This document shows positions 59,113-64,000 of a stretch of 64,000 bases of DNA, one piece after another. Within the stretch, counting starts at the first letter, position 1. Each line of letters starts with the position of its first letter. The notes beneath the pieces are model-generated. The model had not been told where the DNA came from. It searched no databases and saw only the letters and a program-made list of their open reading frames with translations. This DNA comes from a virus, in IMG/VR virus record IMGVR_UViG_3300042451_000707, positions 2,385-66,384 of that record, one strand, 5' to 3'. The position numbers were made by a program, and so were the translations under genes.

Positions 59113-60321
59113 ATGTCTAAAATCAAAGTATTAGTAACACCTTCAGACCGTACCGGAGTTGGGAAATTCCGTTCTATTGACCCTCACGTATTTCTACAAA
59201 ATTTATACGGAAATGAATTCCATGTTGATATAGTTTATGACCCATCATATGATGATATGAACTTTTGGAAAGATTATCAAATTGTTATTTACCATAGAAG
59301 TATTGGTCACGATTTTGATAGGGCTCACGCGTTAATTCAAAAATTAAACGAAATGGGTATTGTCACAATTTGTGATATTGACGACTATTGGATGCCGGGC
59401 AAAGAACACCCAATTCACGATATAATTAGAGTTAATAAAATTAACGAAAAGATTATTGCAAATCTTAAAGTTTCAAAATATGTTACAACAACCACAGAAT
59501 TATTTGCGGACGAAATTCGTAAAATAAACAAAAATGTTGTTGTTTTTCCTAACGCAATTAACCCAAATGAAGAACAATTTAAAGAACCTACAATAGAATC
59601 CGATAGATTACGAGTTGGATGGTTAGGTGGTTCCTCTCACTTACACGATTTACAATTATTAGATTTTGCAAGACTTTCACAATATAAAGACAATTTACAA
59701 TTTGTACTATGTGGATTTGATACAAGAGGAACGGTAACCGAGATTAATAAACAAACAGGAGAACATAAGAAGAGAGATATTTTACCTCACGAAACAGTTT
59801 GGGCTCAGTATGAAAAAATATTCACACAAAACCTTACAACGGTATCTGAAGAATATAAAAAATATCTGTTACAATATACTCAAGAAAAATATCCAAATGA
59901 ATTAAACGAAGCATATGTTCGTGTTTGGACACAACCCGTAACGGCTTATGCGAAGAATTACTCAAAATTTGACATCTCTCTCGCACCAATTAAAAACCAC
60001 ATGTTTAACCGAATGAAATCTCAATTGAAAGTAATTGAGGCAGGATTTTACAAGAAAGCTATTATTGCGTCAAATGTTGGTCCATACACGATAGATTTGA
60101 AACATTGTTTAGACCGTGGTAATTTTGTTGATGGAAACGCCTTATTAGTTGATGAGAATAGAAATCACTCTGATTGGTCAAAATACATTGAGAAATTATT
60201 AAAAAATCCAAATATGGTTAAAGATATGGGTGAGAGATTATATGAAACCGTAAAGGATAAGTATGACTTAAATAATGTAACAAAAGATAGAAGAGAATTT
60301 TATTTAAACACATTAAAGTAA
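59113..60321 (+). CDS. GT-B (GT4-like) glycosyltransferase
   Basis: DIDDYW, VGWLGGSSHLHDL, DISLAP...FNRMKSQLKVIEAG...IIASNVGPY. Confidence 0.85.
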   Translation: MSKIKVLVTPSDRTGVGKFRSIDPHVFLQNLYGNEFHVDIVYDPSYDDMNFWKDYQIVIYHRSIGHDFDRAHALIQKLNEMGIVTICDIDDYWMPGKEHPIHDIIRVNKINEKIIANLKVSKYVTTTTELFADEIRKINKNVVVFPNAINPNEEQFKEPTIESDRLRVGWLGGSSHLHDLQLLDFARLSQYKDNLQFVLCGFDTRGTVTEINKQTGEHKKRDILPHETVWAQYEKIFTQNLTTVSEEYKKYLLQYTQEKYPNELNEAYVRVWTQPVTAYAKNYSKFDISLAPIKNHMFNRMKSQLKVIEAGFYKKAIIASNVGPYTIDLKHCLDRGNFVDGNALLVDENRNHSDWSKYIEKLLKNPNMVKDMGERLYETVKDKYDLNNVTKDRREFYLNTLK

Positions 60322-60329
60322 AAAAAAAT

Positions 60330-61031
60330 ATGATAAACACACCATTAACAAAATTATTATTTTTAGACATTGAAACCGTTGGAGTTCAACCTGATTGGGA
60401 ATCTCTCCAAACGAATAGACCTGAATTGGCGTTTCAATTTGAGAACTATTACGATTGGTTTCAAAAAAGATTTCCTGAAGACGCTGACAAGCCTGTTGGA
60501 GATATGTTTGTTAATAGGTCGGCATTGGTACCGGAATTCGCAAGAATTGCTTGTGTGAGTGTTGCCTTCGTAACTGACAAAGGCGAAACCAAAATGCAAT
60601 CATTTAGTAATCCTGACGAAAAAATAATGTTACAAGAAGTTCAAAAACTATTATATAGAGTTGGAGAACTTGGTTTCTTTTTATGTGGCCATAATGTTAA
60701 AGGATTTGATATTCCAATGTTGGCGAAAAGAATGATTATGAATGGGATTATGCCACCAAAAATATTACCCGGACACGATACTAAACCATGGGAAATCAAA
60801 GCGTTAGACACCAAAGAAGTTTGGCAATATGGTGGATATGGTTCAATTGCGTCATTAGAACTTATGTGTGTATGTTTGGGTATTGAGTCTTCAAAAAACA
60901 TGGAAGTAACCGGAAATAAAGTTCACGAGGCATTTTGGGTGAAAAAAGATATTAAGGGTATTATTGAATATTGTGAAAAGGACGTATCGGTTTTAATCGA
61001 TGTCATAAAAAAATTAAATGAATTAAAATAA
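60330..61031 (+). CDS. Stand-alone DEDD 3'-5' exonuclease (PolB-exonuclease-like)
   Basis: FLDIETV, GHNVKGFDIP, YCEKDV. Confidence 0.88.
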   Translation: MINTPLTKLLFLDIETVGVQPDWESLQTNRPELAFQFENYYDWFQKRFPEDADKPVGDMFVNRSALVPEFARIACVSVAFVTDKGETKMQSFSNPDEKIMLQEVQKLLYRVGELGFFLCGHNVKGFDIPMLAKRMIMNGIMPPKILPGHDTKPWEIKALDTKEVWQYGGYGSIASLELMCVCLGIESSKNMEVTGNKVHEAFWVKKDIKGIIEYCEKDVSVLIDVIKKLNELK

Positions 61032-61660
61032 TGTTAGATATAAACAACTTAGGTCATTTTGACCCAAAAACGAAAGACGAGATTATTAGACAATTTGAGA
61101 AAATCAAAGCTGAAGCAGGTATTGAAACTGAAGATGATAATTATCAAAAAGAACTTGATGAAATGTTAGGATTTTCTATGGATGAAATGGAAGAAGAGAT
61201 AAATAAAATGTCGAAAACCAAAACCATAAAAGTTGAACTAACAAATGCGGATTCCGTTTTTCCAAAATATGCTTACCCATCAGATTCGGGATTTGATTTA
61301 CATGCGTCGGAAGAAGTTATTATAGGTCCGTTTGGTAGAGCATTAGTTCCAACAGGATTAAAAGTTTCTTTTGAGGAAGGATATGAAATTCAAGTTAGAC
61401 CAAAAAGTGGATTGGCAATTAAACAAGGATTAACAGTTCTTAACACACCCGGAACCGTAGACCAGGGATATACCGGTGAAATTCAAGTTATTGTTTTCAA
61501 CACCAATAATACGACGGTAACAATACCTAAAGGTATGAAAGTAGGTCAAGCGGTGTTATGTCCTGTAGTTCAAGGTAAATATGTTAATTTTGAATCGGTG
61601 GATAAAGTGGAGGACAAAGATAGAGGGAATAATGGATTTGGTTCAACAGGATTAATTTAA
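61031..61660 (+). CDS. dut: Trimeric dUTPase with acidic N-terminal extension
   Basis: SGFDL, RPKSG, GTVDQGYTGE, GQAV, RGNNGFGSTG. Confidence 0.93.
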   Translation: MLDINNLGHFDPKTKDEIIRQFEKIKAEAGIETEDDNYQKELDEMLGFSMDEMEEEINKMSKTKTIKVELTNADSVFPKYAYPSDSGFDLHASEEVIIGPFGRALVPTGLKVSFEEGYEIQVRPKSGLAIKQGLTVLNTPGTVDQGYTGEIQVIVFNTNNTTVTIPKGMKVGQAVLCPVVQGKYVNFESVDKVEDKDRGNNGFGSTGLI

Positions 61661-61661
61661 T

Positions 61662-62816
61662 ATGAAGATAGGGTTAATTGGGTGCGATATAATTGGATTA
61701 ACATTTGCGTTGTTGTGCGAACAAAATGGACATGAAATATTAATTTCAGAAGATGAAGATTTTGTATATAACTTAAATCAAAAAGTCGTCATAACTAACG
61801 AACCGTTAATTCAAAGTTTGTTATTAGATAGTAATCGTTTGTCGGGAACCACAAACCCAATTGATGTTATTAAACATTCTGACATTATATTCACATTTTC
61901 AGAACCAATATCATCAATTGATGGTATATACGACACCTCAAAAGTATTTGAGGTTATTAAACATTTTTTTACCGCGAATTCATTGGAGATTCCACTATAT
62001 GATAAAAAATTTGTGGTATGTTCTACCACCAACCCTGGTGATGTTGAACAAATTCAAAAAAAATTATCAATGTTTAATATTGAAGTGGCGTATAATCCAC
62101 CAATTATTACCCATGGTAATTTGGTGAAGGATTACCAACATTCGGATATTACGATTATTGGTTCCGATTATGATAAAATAAAAGAAGATTTATCGTTAAT
62201 ATATCGTCAAATAATTAAAGGTTCAGTTCATCTTTATTTGATGTCTATTAAATCCGCCGAAATTACAAAAATTGGTATTGATGGTTTTTTAGCTACAAAA
62301 ATAACTTACGCAAATGTAATATCAAATTTAATGGAAAAAATGGGAGTTGAGGATGAAATAAGTTTAGTGTTAAACGCAATTAACCGTGATTTGAGAATCG
62401 GTGAAAAACCTTTAACTTCCACCTATGGATTCTCGGGCCCATCAATATCTAAATCAAATAGAACATTAATCAAATATTTGGAAGATTTGGGTTTGAGTTA
62501 TGAGTTACCGTTGTCGGTTAAAAACGATAATGAATACCATATTCAACATCTAAAATTGAAATACTTGGAGATAAATCCCGATAAATCAGTACCATTTATT
62601 TTTGAAGCCGTTGGAGATGTTAAAGAAGAGGTGTTTGACGAATCCCAAGAAATAAAATTATGTGTTGAGTTATTATCAGAAGGATACATGATACACACAT
62701 ATAAAAATGAAAACACATTTTCAAAATTACTAAAATTAAGTGATTCTTATGAAAATAGATTAAAATTTTTTAAACAAGGAACATCCCCTCAAGGATGTAA
62801 AATTAAATTAAAATGA
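61662..62816 (+). CDS. UDP-glucose/GDP-mannose 6-dehydrogenase-like protein with degenerate active site
   Basis: MKIGLIG, EP, STTNPG, YNP, SAEITK...FLATKITYAN, DLRIG, YGFSGPS. Confidence 0.75.
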   Translation: MKIGLIGCDIIGLTFALLCEQNGHEILISEDEDFVYNLNQKVVITNEPLIQSLLLDSNRLSGTTNPIDVIKHSDIIFTFSEPISSIDGIYDTSKVFEVIKHFFTANSLEIPLYDKKFVVCSTTNPGDVEQIQKKLSMFNIEVAYNPPIITHGNLVKDYQHSDITIIGSDYDKIKEDLSLIYRQIIKGSVHLYLMSIKSAEITKIGIDGFLATKITYANVISNLMEKMGVEDEISLVLNAINRDLRIGEKPLTSTYGFSGPSISKSNRTLIKYLEDLGLSYELPLSVKNDNEYHIQHLKLKYLEINPDKSVPFIFEAVGDVKEEVFDESQEIKLCVELLSEGYMIHTYKNENTFSKLLKLSDSYENRLKFFKQGTSPQGCKIKLK

Positions 62817-64000
62817 TAACAATAATATATTCTACGCACAAAGATTCAAACTATAATAAAGAATTTCAATTACATTTGAATAAAACAATTGGAGTTAAAA
62901 ATTATGAAATATTAGAATTTGAAAACCATAATCAATATTCATTAGCCGAAGTATATAATAAGGGGATTTCCCAATCAAAATACGATATTATTGTTTGTAT
63001 CCATAACGACATTAAACTTGAAAATGGTTGGGGTAAAAAACTTTTATCCGATTTTTCCAATTCTCCCGAATTCGGTATAATTGGAAAGGCGGGTTCTTGT
63101 TATTTTCCCGAATCAGGAGTTTATTGGGAAAGAATGAACCAAACTATGGTTGGGCAAGTTTATCATCACCCTCCGGGTCAAAACAAATGGATAAATCGAT
63201 ACTCAACAAAATTACCGGAATTAATTCCTGTGGTTACAATTGATGGGTTGTTTATGGCGTTTAATAAGACAAAAATCAAACACACTTTTGATGAAACCAT
63301 TGGTAAATTCCATTTTTACGACCACGGATTTTGTGTTCCTAATTATTTAGATGGTGTTAAAATTGGGGTGACAACCTCGTTTGAAATCACTCATCAATCT
63401 ATCGGACAACCGAACCAAGAATTTTTCGAGTCCAAAGATAAATTTTTGGAGAAATATAAGTCCATATTACCAATAGACTTAAAACCAAACAAAGTTTTTG
63501 TAGAACAATTAAAAGAAAAACCAATAAAAAATATTGGGAAAGTTGCGGTTATTATACCAACAAAAGGGAAGGTTAGTATGTTATTTGATTGTATTAACTC
63601 ACTAATCACCCATTGTAATTCAAACATTTTTGAAATTTTTATTGCCGACACTGGTTCGTCCGAAGAAGAAAAAACAGAAATAAAATCATTCATTCTTGAG
63701 AATAAAGAAAAAGCCGTAATCAAACTAATTGAATATGACTATTATAATTTCGCAAAAATAAATAATGATGTAGTTAAAAACCATATTGACGAAAGATTTG
63801 AATTTTTATTATTTTGCAATAATGATATTGTTGTATTAAATAATGTTATTTATGGAATGTTAAAAACATTTAAGGAGAATGTTAATGTCGGGACTGTCGG
63901 AGCAAGACTTCATTACGGCGACAATACAATCCAACATAATGGTATTATATTGATTGCGTATCCGGATAGGTCGATTAGGGTAACTCACGAAGGATTACGT
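62813..64000 (+). CDS. Tandem GT2-like glycosyltransferase (partial, runs off the window; absent from the ORF track)
   Basis: ATG overlaps the upstream TGA; MITIIYS...SLAEVYNKG...CIHND...FHFYD, then VAVIIPTK...IADTGS...FCNNDI...VGARLHY. Confidence 0.85.
   Translation, partial: MITIIYSTHKDSNYNKEFQLHLNKTIGVKNYEILEFENHNQYSLAEVYNKGISQSKYDIIVCIHNDIKLENGWGKKLLSDFSNSPEFGIIGKAGSCYFPESGVYWERMNQTMVGQVYHHPPGQNKWINRYSTKLPELIPVVTIDGLFMAFNKTKIKHTFDETIGKFHFYDHGFCVPNYLDGVKIGVTTSFEITHQSIGQPNQEFFESKDKFLEKYKSILPIDLKPNKVFVEQLKEKPIKNIGKVAVIIPTKGKVSMLFDCINSLITHCNSNIFEIFIADTGSSEEEKTEIKSFILENKEKAVIKLIEYDYYNFAKINNDVVKNHIDERFEFLLFCNNDIVVLNNVIYGMLKTFKENVNVGTVGARLHYGDNTIQHNGIILIAYPDRSIRVTHEGLR

Noticed and set aside
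146-63723. Numerous 60-155 aa ORFs antisense to or nested within long genes
   Set aside because: They overlap confidently identified genes and show no motifs or independent expression signals
1-64000. tRNA, rRNA or large ncRNA genes
   Set aside because: Intergenic gaps are short (mostly under 120 nt) and AT-rich; no cloverleaf or T-loop GTTCGA context recognised

Overview
This window is an AT-rich segment of a large (jumbo-type) contractile-tailed dsDNA bacteriophage, not a cellular chromosome. In order it holds: (1) a replication and nucleotide module (nrdA start, nrdB, helicase, 5'-3' exonuclease, C5 DNA methyltransferase, RecA, SSB); (2) a tail/baseplate/neck module (giant baseplate proteins, tape measure, tail chaperone, tube, sheath, neck) with enzymes interleaved (HAD hydrolase, SNF2 ATPase, Mn-SOD fusion); (3) a family-B DNA polymerase; (4) an RHH+HNH cassette; (5) a 7-gene glycosyltransferase/methyltransferase operon led by a GT60-type polypeptide GlcNAc-transferase, directly next to (6) a cluster of mucin-like (Thr-Pro) and collagen-like (Gly-Ser/Thr-Ser) putative virion proteins; (7) putative internal-head proteins, a WYL protein and a second glycan/nucleotide cluster. 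The best candidate for a new system is a phage-encoded protein O-glycosylation pathway sitting beside its likely substrates. Other notable signals are a probable +1 programmed frameshift (UUU_UUU_CGU) in the tail chaperone, a recurring TATTTAT promoter motif, an SOD fused to a nuclease-like domain, and apparent GATC avoidance. All functional calls come from motif recognition by eye; no database searches were run.
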